The notes below the pieces were generated by a model. It saw only the letters and a list, made by a program, of their open reading frames with translations, was not told the origin of the DNA and made no database searches. From Mobula hypostoma (taxonomy: Eukaryota), in assembly GCF_963921235.1 (NCBI RefSeq), contig NC_086105.1, positions 102,796,001 to 102,860,000 on the forward strand: a stretch of DNA of 64,000 nucleotides, written 5' to 3'. This document shows, one piece after another, positions 36,880-49,702 of the stretch (its first letter is position 1; every line of letters starts with the position of its first letter). The translations under genes and the position numbers were made by a program.

Positions 36880-37860
36880 AAATCAGTTTGCTATTGTCAC
36901 ATGTACTAAGATAGTCTGAAGCAATAACAGAATGCAGAATAAAGTGTTACTTTTACCAAGAAGGTGCAGCGCAAGTTGACAATAAGTTTCAAGGCCACAA
37001 TGAGGTAGATTGTGTGGTCGAGAGATCATCCTACTACGGTAATATTCAATACCCTTAGAACTGTGGGGTAGAAGCTGTCCTTGAGCCTACTTGTATGTGC
37101 TTACAAGCATTTGTATTGTCTACTCTATGGGAGGGTGGAGAAGAGAGCATGTCTGGGGTGAGTGGGGTGCTTAATTATGTTGGTTTCTTTAGCAAGGTGG
37201 CAAAAAATGTTGGTAGACTCCATGGAGAGGATGCTGGTTTTTGTTCTGTGCTAAATTCTGGTCACAACTCTGTATTTTCTGCTGATTATTGGGAGAACAG
37301 TTGCCACACCAACCTGTGATGCATCTGGATAGGATGCATTCTATGTTCTATCAATAAAAACTAGTGACGGTCGGATGGGACATGCCAGATTTCTGTAGCC
37401 TCCAGAAGAAACTGAGATTTCTTGGCCATGGTGGAACTAGGAGCCTGTTGGTGATATTCACTCCTGGGAACTTGAAGCTCTTAACCTACTTGATCTCAAC
37501 ACTGTTGATGTAATCAGGTGTGTGTGCACCACCCACCCTCGTGAAGTCAATCACCAGCTCTTTTGTTTCACTGACATTGAGGGAAAGATTGTTGTCATGA
37601 CAGAATGTTACTAGACTCGTACTTTACTCAGATTATTGTTATTAGAGATTCGGCTCACTGTGGTGGTATCATTTGTAATGATGGAGTTCGAGTAGAACCT
37701 GACCACAAAGTTGTGAGCGTACAGAGAGTAGAGTAGGGTGTCGCTGATGAAGCCTTGTGGGGCACCAGTGTTGAGAATAATGATGATGGAGGTAATGCTA
37801 CCTACCCTTACTGAGTGTGCTCTGTTGGTTAGGAAGTCAGATTGTGTGCTGAAGACAGGG
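36880..37860 (-). mobile_element. Degraded Rex/Babar-like LINE RT fragment
   Basis: ORF 37611-37898 DFLTNRAHSVRVG...LNTGAPQG...LYSLY. Confidence 0.65.
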
Positions 37861-38177
37861 TAGTACTGTGACATTGATGGACCTCTGTTCGTGTTCATTC
37901 TGAAGCTGAAACAGCACGCTACAACTCTAGAGAGTCACCAGCACGATTTACAGTGGGACACATTACATACTGAGTCTATGTCTACTTGATTTAAATAACA
38001 CTAGAGAGACATAGATTACTAGTTTTGCACATGAAAATGCAGGAAAGGAATTTCTCAGAGTTGTTTCATTGTAAGTCAGAGGCTTTGCTTGGAGACACTT
38101 CAGTGAGGAAGTTGACCAAGGGTCAGGTAAGATGAAGTGAGATCTTTTCCATCCGTCCATAGTCTTAGTAGCCGGCT

Positions 38178-38305
38178 GGTGGCGTAGTGGCATGAGCACC
38201 GGACTTCGGAGTGAAGGCTCCCGAGTTCAAACTCAGCCGGCTCCCCAGGCACGCTTTCCATCTGTGCTGGGTTGAGTGTCAAACTAGCAACTTGTAAAAA
38301 AAAAT
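38178..38305 (+). mobile_element. Possible tRNA-derived SINE head
   Basis: Pol III A-box-like TGGCGTAGTGG 38180-38190, B-box-like GAGTTCAAACT 38223-38233, A-run at about 38296-38303. No tRNA cloverleaf established. Confidence 0.45.
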
Positions 38306-38472
38306 TGCCTGCTACAGAAACATCAACAGCAAAAAGTTGCTGGCCTATGCTCTCTCTTGAGTTTAGAAGGCAATTTCCTTTTCCTTCTAGTCTTAGTTGT
38401 TTAGGGATGGCCGTCAGGACAGTTGTGCGTACACTCTGCAGAACATGGGAAGGTCAGGGAAACTTCCATGGT

Positions 38473-39342
38473 AACACACATCAAAGTTGCTGGTGAACGC
38501 AGCAGGCCAGGCAGCTCTCTAGGAAGGGGTACAGTCGACGTTATGGGCCGAGACCCTCCGTCAGGACTAACTGAAGGAAGAGCTAGTAAGAGATTTGAAA
38601 GTGGGAGGGGGAGGGGGAGATCCAAAATGATAAGAGAAGACAGGAGGGGGAGGGATGGAGCCAAGAGCTGGACAGGTGATTGGCAAAAGGGATATGAGAG
38701 GATCATAGGACAGAAGGCCTAGGGAGAAGGAAAAGGGGGAGGGGGGGAAAAACCCAGAGGATGGGCAAGGGGTATAGTCAGAGAGTCAGAGGGACAGAGG
38801 GAGAAAAAGGACAGTGAGAGAAAGAACGTGTGTATATAAATAAATAACGGATGGGGTACGAGGGGGAGGTGGGGCATTAGCGGAAGTTAGAGAAGTCAAT
38901 GTTCATGCCGTCAGGTTGGAGGCTACCCAGATGGAATATAAGGTGTTGTTCCTCCAACCTGAGTGTGGCTTCATCTTTACAGTAGAGGAGGCCGTGGATA
39001 GACATATCAGAATGGGAATGGGATGTGGAATTAAAATGCGTGGCCACTGGGAGATACTGCTTTCTCTGGCAGACAGAGCATAGGTGTTCAGCAAAACAAT
39101 TTCCCAGTCTGCGTCGGGTCTCGCCAATATATAGAAGACCACATCGGGAGCACCGGACACAGTATATCACCCCAGCCGACTCACAGGTGAAGTGTTGCCT
39201 CACCTGGAAGGACTGTCTGGGGCCCTGAATGGTGGTAAGGGAGGAAGTGTAAGGGCATGTGCAGCACTTGTTCTTCTTACAAGGGTAAGTGCCAGGAGGG
39301 AGATCAGTGGGGAGGGATGGAGGGGACGAATGGACAAGGGAG
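38473..39342 (-). mobile_element. Penelope-like element 3' part with GIY-YIG endonuclease
   Basis: ORF 38877-39203 GVIYCVRCSRCGLLYIGETRRRL...EH...EEQHLIFHLGSLQPDGMN; 9-bp TSD TTCCATGGT at 38464-38472 and 39343-39351. Confidence 0.9.
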
Positions 39343-40653
39343 TTCCATGGTTCCTGGTGATTATATCTGTGGGAGATGTGTTCAGTTGCAGTTCCTGACT
39401 GACTGCATAGAGTGACTGGGGCTGTAGATGAAACAAAAGAATGAGATACTGCAGAGGGAATTGAGAGAGATGGGTAGAAGGTTAAAAAGTAGGAGCCGTA
39501 GGGTTATAATCCCTGGGTAACTCCATGTGCTGTGTTGTAGTGAAAAAGGGAATAGCAGGATAGGGCTGATGAATCTGTAGCTGATGAACTGGTGCAGGGC
39601 GACACACACCTCGAGATGGTGGGATATCTTCCAGGACCGAGATCACTTATACAAGAGGGACACATTGCAATAGGCTTCCTGATGGAGACAATTGCTAGAA
39701 TTACGTGAATGGATTTGAACAAGTTCAGCAGGATATGGATCCCAAAGTAGTTATGCAATCAATGAAAAAGCTGGAGTAAGTATAGAGGTTAAAGTGAAAA
39801 ACTCCAGCCAGCAGGAGCAGGACAAAGAGCGAGGAAGGTCTGACAACCTAAACTGCAAGTAGCCTGACAGGCTGATGATTTCGGAGCACCTTTGGCATGT
39901 GGGATTGTGATATTATATCTCTTACAGAAACATGATACATTGAGTGGATATCATTTGTTTGGATTTTCAAAAAGCCTTTAACAAGGTCTGACACACAATG
40001 CTGCTACTCTGGATAAGAGATAAAGTACAAGTATAGATAGAAATGTGGTTGATTACCAGAAGTCAAAGATTGGGGATAAGATGGTGCTTTTCACAATGGC
40101 TGCTCGTAACTTTTGGAATTCCACAAGGGTCAGTGTTAGATTTCCAGCATTTCACCTTATACAATAATGATCTGGATGAAGAAAATTATGATGTTGTGGC
40201 TACATTTGATAAATTGAAGAAGAGGCAATATCCCAGAGGTAGGAAGCCTGCAAAATGACCTGGAGAGGTTGGGAGGTTGGGCAAAGAATAAGCAGATGGA
40301 ATGTAGAATAGGAAGTGTGGGGTTATACACATTGGTAGGAAGAACAGAGGAATATTTTGTAAATGAGGAGAAAATTCAGAAAGCGGAGGTGTAAAGTTAC
40401 TTGTGATTCCTAATCCTGAATTCCCTCAAGGTTAATTTACAGGTTGAGTCAATAGAAAACAAGACAAGTGCAATATTAACATTCATTTTGGGAGGATTAG
40501 AATATAAAAACAGATACATAATGCTGAGGCTTTATAGTCATGCAGAATGATGCAAGAACCTCAGGCACATAGATGTATATAGCTAGGGTGTCAAAGGACT
40601 GTATTTCTCAATAAGGAGCAGAGAGCAAGTTTGTGGATCTCGAGGGACTAATA

Positions 40654-41476
40654 TCAGAATTAGAATCAGGTTTATTGTCACCGGCATGGGAAGTGAAGTT
40701 TGTTAACTCAGCAGCAGCAGTTCAATGCAATACATAATCTAGTGGGGGGAAAAAGAATAATAATAAATAAAATTTAAAAAAAAAACAAGTAAATCAATTA
40801 CGTATATTAAATTCATTTTTTAAAAACATGCAAGAACAGAAATACTGTGTATTTTTTTAAAAAGTGAGGTAGTGTCCAAAGATTCAATGTCCATTTAGGA
40901 ATCGGATGGCAGAGGGGAAAAAGCTGTTCCTGAATTGCTGAGTGTGTGCCTTCGGGCTTCTGTACCTCCTACCTGATGGTTACAGTGAGAAAAGGGCATG
41001 CCCTGGGTACTGGAGGTCCTTAATAATGGACACTACCTTTCTGAGACACCGCTCCCTCAAGATGTCCTGGGTACTTTGTAGGCTAGTACCCAGGATGGAG
41101 CTGACTAGATTTACAACCTTCTGCAGCTTCTTTTGGTCCTGTGCAGTAGCCCCTCCATACCAGACAGTGATGCAGCCTGTCAGAATGCTCTCCACGGTAC
41201 AACTGTAGAAGCTTTTGAGTGTATTTGTTGACATGCCAAATCTCTTCAAACTCCTAATAAAGTATAGCCACTGTCTTGCCTTCTTCATAACTACATCAAT
41301 ATGTTGGGACCAGGTTAGATCCTCAGAGATCTTGACACCCATGAACTTGAAGCTTCTCACTCTCTCTACTTCTGATCCCTCTATGAGGATTGGTATGTAT
41401 TCCTTTGTCTTACCCTTCCTGAAGTCCACAATCAAGTCTTTCGTCTTACTGACGTTGAATAACAGGTTGTTGCTGC
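40654..41476 (-). mobile_element. Rex1/Babar-like LINE 3' fragment (paralogue of 729-1551)
   Basis: ORF 40980-41435 MIVDFRK...VERVRSFKFMGVKISEDLTWSQHI...KKARQWLYF. Confidence 0.75.
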
Positions 41477-42879
41477 AATTTTGGGTCCTTTCTCCAAGGA
41501 AGGGTGTAGTAGATTGGAAGGGATCCAGAAACGCACAAGAAAGGTCTTAGGAATAAATGGCTTGACATTTGAGAAGAGTTTGATGTCTCTGAGCCTGTAC
41601 TCAGTGGTGTTCAGAAGGATGAGCGGCTATCTCAATGAAAACTATCAGAGACTGAAAGGCCTGGACAGAGTGGATGTGGAGAGAATGTTTCCATTAGGAG
41701 GAGATACTTGGATCCAAGGGCATGCCCTCAGAATTTAGACTTGTCCCTTTAAAAGAGCTGAGGAGGAATTTCTTCAACCAAAGGGTAAAAAGAGGACATG
41801 GGATATCCTTGACAGATAAGGTGGAGATGATTCTTCACAGGTTCTGTGCATATTAATGGAAAAAAAGGGAAAAGGCAGTGAGTATTTCCCCTTTAGGATC
41901 AGTGCGGCAAAGTATGTCGGGGTTACAAATGAAGGATAAAGTTTTAGATGTGTATTCTCATCTGTATTTACTGTGGCAAAGGATATGAAACCGGGTAAGT
42001 TTAGGGAAATTTTCAACGATATTCTGAAGCATTTTGAAGTATAAAAGAGGAGGCAATTGCAGATGAAACTCAAAATAGTCTATATATCCCCAAGATACTG
42101 ATATCAAGCTGCTCTGGTCACAGAAAGATAATTTGCATCTTAGAGTGGACTTCCAGCAATTGCATTGCAGGAAATTTTGGAGTGACTTAAACCAATTGAA
42201 CGGTCCATCAGTGTTCCAGATTGGAAAAATGAATTCCTCTATTCATAATGATTTTGAAAAAGACAATAATGATGATTTTATCGCATTTAAAATTGGATGT
42301 TGAATTTTATAACGTGATTGAATATATTAATATAAAAACATAACAAAATACTTTCTCAGGATAAAGTTTTAAGGAGAGCCTGAATTACTTTTCACATTTT
42401 CCCTGGACTGTAGGAGACTGAGGGGCGAGCTGACAGAGTTGTATATGATCATGAGGGCATAAATGGATGATCATAGTCTTTATCCGAGTGTAGGGGAGTC
42501 TAAAACTGAACAATGCGGTTATCTGGTGAAAGGGAAAAGATTTAAAAGACATCTGGCAGGAAAACTTCTTCTCACAGAGTGGTGGGTGTAATAAATTTGG
42601 TGGGAGAACAGGCTGTAGAAACAGGAACAAAGTGAGGAAATGGGACCAGGTCAGACAGACATTGGTAGGCATGGATGAGCTGGGCTGAATGGCCTGTTTC
42701 CATACTGTACAACTCTACAACTCTATTTATCTATATTTTACATGTAAAGCTTGCTTTATACAGTGAGTCATGATATGTTGCTGAATGTATAAACGTGATA
42801 CAGAGAGATTTTGATCTCCTATTTCAGTTATTTGCTTTTCAGAAATCTCTGCTGTGAAGTTGATTCATTTAGAATGGGG

Positions 42880-45800
42880 AAAGGTACAGATAAGAGGTTC
42901 TGTGGTCGTGACAGAGAATCCAGGATGGTTTGTTGCCTCCCGGGTGCCAGGGTCAAGGATGTCTCTGATCGATTGCATGACATTCTAAAGTGGGAGGGTG
43001 ACCAGCCAGATGTCGTGGTGCACATCGGTACCAATGACATAGCAAGGAAGAGTGAGGAGGTCCTGGACAGTGAGTATAGAGAGTTTGGTAGGAAGTTGAA
43101 AAGCAGGACCTCAAGGGTGGTAATCTCAGGATTGCTACCTGTGCTAGGTGCCAGTGAGGGTAGGAATAGGATGCTCTGGAGGAGGAGCAAGTGGCTGAGG
43201 AACTGGTGTAGGGGGCAGGGTTTCAGATTTCAGGATCATTGGGACCTCTTCTGGGGCAGGTGAGACCTGTACAAGAGAGACGGGTTACACTTGAACCACA
43301 GGAGGACCAATATCCTTTCAGGGAGGTTTGTTAGTGCTATTGGGAAGGCTTTAAACTAGATTTGCAGGGGGATGGGAACCAGAGTGCCAGAGCTGACAGT
43401 GTGGCTGGGGTGAAAATAAATGATGTTGAAAGTTTAAGCAAATCCGCTGGTAGAAAGGTTGTGAGTGGTGGTAAAAATCTTCTGAGGTGTATATATTTCA
43501 ATGCTAGGAGTATTGCGGGGAAGGCGGATGAGTTGAGGGCGTGGATTGACTCGTGGAATTATGATGTTGTAGCAATTAGTGAAACTTGGCTACTGGAGGG
43601 GCAGGACTGGCAGCTTAATATTCCAGGGTTCCGATGTTTCAGATGTGATCGAGGCAGAGGAATGAAAGGTGGGGGAGTAGCGTTGCTTGTTAGGGAAAAT
43701 ATTACAGCAGTGCTCAGGCAGGACAGATTAGAGGGCTTGTCTACTGAGTCCTTATGGATGGAGCTGAGAAACAGGAAAGGTATGGCCACATTAGTGGGAT
43801 TGTATTACAGACCACCCAATAGTCAACGAGACTTGGAAGAGCAAATCTGCAGAGAGATAGCAGGCAACTGCAGGAAACATAAAGTTATGGTGGTAGGGGA
43901 TTTTAATTTTCCATACATTGATTGGGACTCCCATACTGTTAGGGGTCTAGATGGTTTAGAGTTTGTAAAATGTGTTCAGGAAAGTTTTCTAAATCTATAT
44001 ATAGAGGGAACAACTAGAGGGGATGCAATATTGGATCTCCTGTTAGGAAATGAATTAGGGCAAGTGACAGAAGTCTGTGTAGGGGAGCACTTTGGTTCCA
44101 GTGATCATAACACCATTAGTTTCAATTTGATCATGGACAAGGATAGATCTGGTCCTAGGGTTGAGGTTCTGAACTGGAAGAAGTCCAAATTTGAAGAAAT
44201 GAGAAAGGATCTAAAAAGTGTGGATTGGGACAGGTTGATCTCTGGCAAAGATGTGATTGGTAGGTGGGAAGCCTTCAAAGGGGAAATTTTGAGAGTGCAG
44301 AATTTGTATGTTCCTGTCAGGATTAAAGGCAAATTGAATAGGAATAAGGAACCTTGGTTCTCAAGGGATATTGCAACTCTGATAAAGAAGAAGAGGAAGT
44401 TGTATGAAATGTATAGGAAACAGGGGGTAAATCAGGTGCTTGAGGAGTATAAGAAGAGCAAGAAAATACTTAAGAAAGAAATCAGGAGGGCTAAAAGAAG
44501 ACATGAGGTTGCCTTGGCAGTCAAAGTGAAGGATAATCCAAAGAGCTTTTACAAGTATATTAAGAGCAAAAGGATTGTAAGGGATAAAATTGGTCCTCTT
44601 GAAAATCAGAGTGGTCGGCTTTGTGCGGAACCAAAGGAAATGGGGGAGATTTTAAATAGGATTTTTGCGTCCGTATTTACTAAGGAAGCTGGCATGAAAT
44701 CTATGGAATTGAAGGAATCAAGTAGTGAGACCATGGAAACTGTACAGATTGAAAAGGAGGAGGTGCTTGCTGTCTTGAGGAAAATTAAAGTGGATAAATC
44801 CCCAGGACCTGACAGAGTGTTCCCTAAGACCTTGAAGGAGACTAGTGTTGAAAATGCGGGGGGCCTGGCAGAAATATTTAAAATGTCGCTGTCTACGGGT
44901 AAAGTGCCGGAGGATTGGAGAGTGGTTCATGTTGTTCCATTGTTTAAAAAAGGATCGAAAAGTAATCCGGGAAATTATAGGCCGGTGAGTTTAACATCAG
45001 TAGTAGGTAAGTTATTGGAGGGAGTACTAAGAGACAGAATCTACAAGCATTTGGATAGACAGGAGCTTATTAGGGAGAGTCAACATGGCTTTGTGCGTGG
45101 TAGGTCATGTTTGACCAATCTGTTAGAGTTTTTCGAGGAGGTTACCAGGAAAGTGGATGAAGGGAAGGCAGTGGATATTGTCTACATGGACTTCAGTAAG
45201 GCCTTTGATAAGGTCCCGCATGGGAGGTTAGTTAGGAAAATTCAGTCGTTAGGTATACATGGAGAGGTGGTAAATTGGATTAGACATTGGCTCGATGGAA
45301 GAAGCCAGAGAGTGGTGGTAGAGAATTGCTTCTCTGAGTGGAGGCCTGTGACTAGTGGTGTGCCACAGGGATCAGTGCTAGGTCCATTGTTATTTGTCAT
45401 CTATATCAATGATCTGGATGATAATGTGGTTAATTGGATCAGCAAGTTTGCTGATGATTCAAAGATTAGAGGTGTAGTAGACAGTGAGGAAGGTTCTCAG
45501 AGCCTGCAGAGGGACTTGGACCAGCTGGAAAAATGGGCTGATAAATGGCAGATGGAGTTTAATACTGACAAGTGTGAGGTATTGCACATTGGAAGGACAA
45601 ACCAACGTAGAACATACAGGGTTAATGGTAAGGCACTGAGGAGTGCAGTGGAACAGAGGGATCTGGGAATACAGATACAAAATTCCCTAAAAGTGTTGTC
45701 ACAGGTAGATAGAGTCGTAAAGAGAGCTTTTGGTACATTGGCCTTTATTAATCGAAATATTGAGTATAAGAGCTGGAATGTTATGATGAGGTTGTATAAG

Positions 45801-46367
45801 GCATTGGTGAGGCTGAATCTAGAGTATTGTGTTCACTTTTGGTCACCAAATTACAGGAAGGATATAAATAAGGTTGAAGGAGTGCAGAGAAGGTTTACAA
45901 GGATGTTGCCAGGATTTGAAAAACTCAGTTACAGAGTAAGGTTGAATAGGTTAGGACTTCATTCCCTGGAGTGTAGAAGAATGAGGGGAGATTTGATAGA
46001 GGTATATAAAATTATGATGGGTATAGATAGGGTGAATGCAAGCAGGTTTTTTCCATTGAGGCAAGGGGAGGAAAAAACCAGAGGACATGGGTTAAGGGTG
46101 AGGGTGGAAAAGTTTAAAGGGAACATTAAGGGGGGCTTCTTCACATAGAGAGTGGTGGGAGTATGGAATGAGCTGCCAAATGACGTGGTAAATGCGGGTT
46201 CTTTTTTAATATTAAAGAATAAATTGGACAGATACATGGATGGGAGGTGTATGAAGGTATATGGTCCGTATGCAGGTCAGTGGGACTAGGCAGAAAATGG
46301 TTCAGCACAGCCAAGAAGGGCCAAAGGGCCTGTTTCTGTGCTGTAGTTTCTATGGTTCTATGGTTCT
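42880..46367 (+). mobile_element. Young CR1 LINE (partial ORF1 esterase plus near-intact ORF2), copy B only
   Basis: Absent at 2961 in copy A; (TTCTATGG)n tail; ORF1 motif VVVHIGTNDI; 928-codon open ORF2. Confidence 0.95.
43362..46148 (+). CDS. CR1 ORF2: apurinic-type endonuclease plus reverse transcriptase, 928 aa
   Basis: YFNARSI, ISETW, GDFN, SDH (APE); YRPVSLTS, DFSKAFDKV, GVPQGSVLGP, FADD (RT). Premature TAG just before the usual QRVV..WN.LP terminus. Confidence 0.92.
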   Translation: MQGDGNQSARADSVAGVKINDVESLSKSAGRKVVSGGKNLLRCIYFNARSIAGKADELRAWIDSWNYDVVAISETWLLEGQDWQLNIPGFRCFRCDRGRGMKGGGVALLVRENITAVLRQDRLEGLSTESLWMELRNRKGMATLVGLYYRPPNSQRDLEEQICREIAGNCRKHKVMVVGDFNFPYIDWDSHTVRGLDGLEFVKCVQESFLNLYIEGTTRGDAILDLLLGNELGQVTEVCVGEHFGSSDHNTISFNLIMDKDRSGPRVEVLNWKKSKFEEMRKDLKSVDWDRLISGKDVIGRWEAFKGEILRVQNLYVPVRIKGKLNRNKEPWFSRDIATLIKKKRKLYEMYRKQGVNQVLEEYKKSKKILKKEIRRAKRRHEVALAVKVKDNPKSFYKYIKSKRIVRDKIGPLENQSGRLCAEPKEMGEILNRIFASVFTKEAGMKSMELKESSSETMETVQIEKEEVLAVLRKIKVDKSPGPDRVFPKTLKETSVENAGGLAEIFKMSLSTGKVPEDWRVVHVVPLFKKGSKSNPGNYRPVSLTSVVGKLLEGVLRDRIYKHLDRQELIRESQHGFVRGRSCLTNLLEFFEEVTRKVDEGKAVDIVYMDFSKAFDKVPHGRLVRKIQSLGIHGEVVNWIRHWLDGRSQRVVVENCFSEWRPVTSGVPQGSVLGPLLFVIYINDLDDNVVNWISKFADDSKIRGVVDSEEGSQSLQRDLDQLEKWADKWQMEFNTDKCEVLHIGRTNQRRTYRVNGKALRSAVEQRDLGIQIQNSLKVLSQVDRVVKRAFGTLAFINRNIEYKSWNVMMRLYKALVRLNLEYCVHFWSPNYRKDINKVEGVQRRFTRMLPGFEKLSYRVRLNRLGLHSLECRRMRGDLIEVYKIMMGIDRVNASRFFPLRQGEEKTRGHGLRVRVEKFKGNIKGGFFT

Positions 46368-46686
46368 ATAAGTAATTGCCATACAAACAGACAATTGTTG
46401 GCTCAATGTTTTTATGTCCAAGTTCTTTCTCCACTTTATTGTTATCAAGTGATAGAGGTAAACACACCCTGCAGTATTGTTTGTTTTCTTGCTAATAGAC
46501 AAATTGACAGGTATTTTTTCTGAAATTAAGTACATTTAATACATTCATGCACAGCAAGCGATAAAGCATTGATTGAAGTGAAAGTTTATTTAACTCAATT
46601 TTTCAATTATGACAATTAATCAAAGACAAACTGTGGAATTAAATGATGATCTTGTGGTCATTCACCATAATTTGTTGATTGTGTCT

Positions 46687-47639
46687 TTAGCGGTACTTGG
46701 AGCTCAATTCATGCGCGAGCAACTCAAGGAATTTGTCGACAGCACAGTGGGTTGCTGGGGAGAATGCAGGCAAGTGAATGGCCAGAGTGACCGTGATACA
46801 ATCAGCCAACAGCTGTAAAAGTGAAAAATAAATAACATAAGGCAGTGTTAATATCGTCAATGGATGATTTTACCCATTAAACAAGTGTTGCTTCTTTGTA
46901 CTTTGACTACTTTCCTATGTATCGTGTAGCAGGAAAAAGTATTCCCAGCTAAACTGAACAAGACTACACTTCAAGACCACTGAAATTTCAACTAAATAAA
47001 GTTGAAAGTTCAGGATTGCTGATCTAATTACAATAACATAGTTTGTGTAATGACAATGAGGAAGAATCTATAAAACTGTTACATACCTGAAAGTTGTGAG
47101 GATCCACAAGAAGTTCTTCACCATGTCTCTTGGCAAGTTTTTCCAGATGTTTACTCAGGTTGTCCACGTTGTGGGCTGCATCCGCCACAGCTTCCATGAC
47201 AATGCGACCATGTCTTCTGACAGGCTGGTCAGAGGCTTTGTAGCCATTGAAATTTGGGAAGTATGTCTTAGCTTGAGGGTGGATCTCAAACAACCTTCAG
47301 AAACATGGAAAATGAAGGCAGAAATTATTTGCAGACACAATATACACTACATCTCACAGGATTAAATTCTGTTATTCTTCAGACCAGCAATCATGTTATT
47401 TTGGAAAAGCTTCAATTCTATGCAGAGAATGTGTTTGTAGATTTATTAGTGGTCTCACTGTTCAAGAGAAATGCAAAGAAATGTTAACGATTACAAATAA
47501 TAGCTGAAAATGCATTAATTATACTATGAACCTAAAAAGGTTACCTGGCTAAAGCTTCCGCACCCCAAGCTTCAGCATTTGCCTTGATGTGGTTGCCCAG
47601 TTCCTCTATAACCTGTTTGTTGGGGCCAGAGAGTACCAT
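46687..47639 (-). CDS. hba: Haemoglobin alpha chain, copy 2; 3 exons: 47545-47639, 47087-47294, 46687-46812; 142 aa
   Basis: Same exon structure as copy 1 with an intact frame and splice sites. The protein differs at two residues (FPKF->FPNF, NFH->NFQ). Confidence 0.97.
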
Positions 47640-47699
47640 TATTGCAGAGTTCTCACTTTTTCAGATCTCTCATTAACCAGGAGATGCCTCTGGCTTGAT

Positions 47700-47950
47700 G
47701 TGTCCATATTTATTGTAATTCACTCTGAGCTACACCCTCTCCACCCCACTTTTCCCATTGGTTGTGGGTCCTGATTCATGGTCTACGTAACCTAATGATA
47801 AGAGACAATAGTCAATAGAGAGCCAATCGTCTGTTTCACATACAACTGTTAGCAAAGATATCCTGTTCCAGTAAAGCTAAACACTACCTACAGACATTTC
47901 ATTTGATGCACAATTGTAAAGGTTTAGTTTATTGCCATATAAGTTATCAG
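47700..47950 (-). promoter_or_regulatory. Alpha-globin copy 2 proximal promoter
   Basis: ATAAATA, CCACCCC, CCAAT and GATA motifs in the same arrangement as 4300-4550. Confidence 0.75.
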
Positions 47951-49702
47951 TAAATGAACATTAATATTCATTAATCAATATGCTTTTCCAAACTATGATA
48001 TAATAAGTTTAATTCATTTTGTTGTTACTTTGGGCTGTATCGCCTATTGAAATTCATCCTGCTCACCCTCGTTCTTTTTATTTCACAACTGTTTAACCTC
48101 AGTGTGCGGGGAGACATGGTTTTCCAAAATTCACAAAACGCCTGCTGTGTACACTGCACAGAACTGACTGGACAGAATGAATGATAATGTAGCTACATTG
48201 CACCAGGAAGTGTGTAGGTCTAAAATCACGTAAATGAAGTGTATTAACATGCAGCTGAAGGATTTATTTGTGCACAGGTGATGGAAGGTGTAGGGTGTCA
48301 GGACGACCAGGGCAACTTTGGAAAATTGGTCTGGAATTTCATAGACATGGGTGATCTGAGCTGATGTTACAGGGACATTTAGAGAAGAAAAGTCAGCCAC
48401 AAGCTCAGCTCAGTAGAAGGTTACAGGCCTGACCAAACAGAGACTGATGAAGTCGGTGGTCTGATATTAGAGTTAAGCAGGCATAGTCAATGTTTTTGTT
48501 CTTCACAAACCTTAGATAGTGCAAAATTCCACTCCATCATTGCCAGACATCAAGTAACCAGCGTGACTGAGCAGAAGCATTAGAAGAGTCAGTGGAGTTG
48601 CAAAAAATCAGCATTAAGGAGTTGGAGCTCGAACTGCATGAACTCCAGATCATTTGGGATGCTGAAGGAGTGATAGACAGGACATAAAGAGAAATAGTTA
48701 CACCCAAAGTTCAGGACACAGGAAACTGAGGGACAGTCAGGAAGGGGAACGAGGTTACGGAGTCAGTGTTGAGTACTCTGTGGCCAACCCCCTCAACGAT
48801 CGCTTTGGGTACTCTTGGGGGTAGGTGTTGACCTAACAGAGGAATGTCGTGGTCAGGTCTCTGGCACTGAGTCCAGAGGCACTGACGATTAGATAGGAAG
48901 TTCTGTGGGTAAGAACAGGATTCTTGGATGGTATGTTGCCTCCCAGGTGCCAGGGCCCGGGATATCTCAGACTGAGTCCTCTGCATACTTAAGTGGGAGG
49001 GTGAACTTAACTGGTTGTGGTCCATGTAGTTACCAATGACATGGGTAGAATGTGCAATGAGGTTCTGCATAGCGAGCACAGGGTGTTAGGTGTTAAGTTA
49101 AAGGGCAGGACCTCTAGGGTCATGATCTCAGGATTGCTACCCATGCCACATGCTAGTGAGGCCAGAACTAGGAAGATTATACAGTTTAAAACATGTCTAC
49201 GGAGTTGGTGTAGGAGGGAGGGCATAAGATTTTTGGAACACTGGACTGTCTTTCAGGGAAGGTGGGACCTGTACAGAAGAGGTAGTTTGTGCCTCAACTG
49301 GAGGGAGACTAATGTTCCAGCAGGAAAGTTTGTTAATGTGGGGTTTAAACTGGAGTTTCAGGGGGTTGGGAACCAGAGCGACAGAACAGTTAGCGGAGAG
49401 ATCGTGGAGGCAGATGTCGGTAAGATCTCAGACAAAGTTTGGAATCAAAAGTATGTCAGCATGGTACGACAAGTGTCTTGAACTGTGTATTGTTTAATGC
49501 AAGAAGTATCTTAGGAAAGTCAGATGATTATGCAGGAGATGAGGTAGATGGTTTACAAAGAGAGGCACTGTGTAGTGAGGAGAGACAAAATTGCAGTGAA
49601 CAGCATGAGTTGCAACATATAAGGTGGGCAAAATTGAAAAGGTTGAATACAGGACTGAAGGTGTTATAATTGAATATGCTCTGTATACAGAATAAGGTAG
49701 AT

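Noticed and set aside
38178-38250. Possible tRNA gene
   Set aside because: Only A/B-box-like motifs; no convincing cloverleaf, and the context suggests a SINE.
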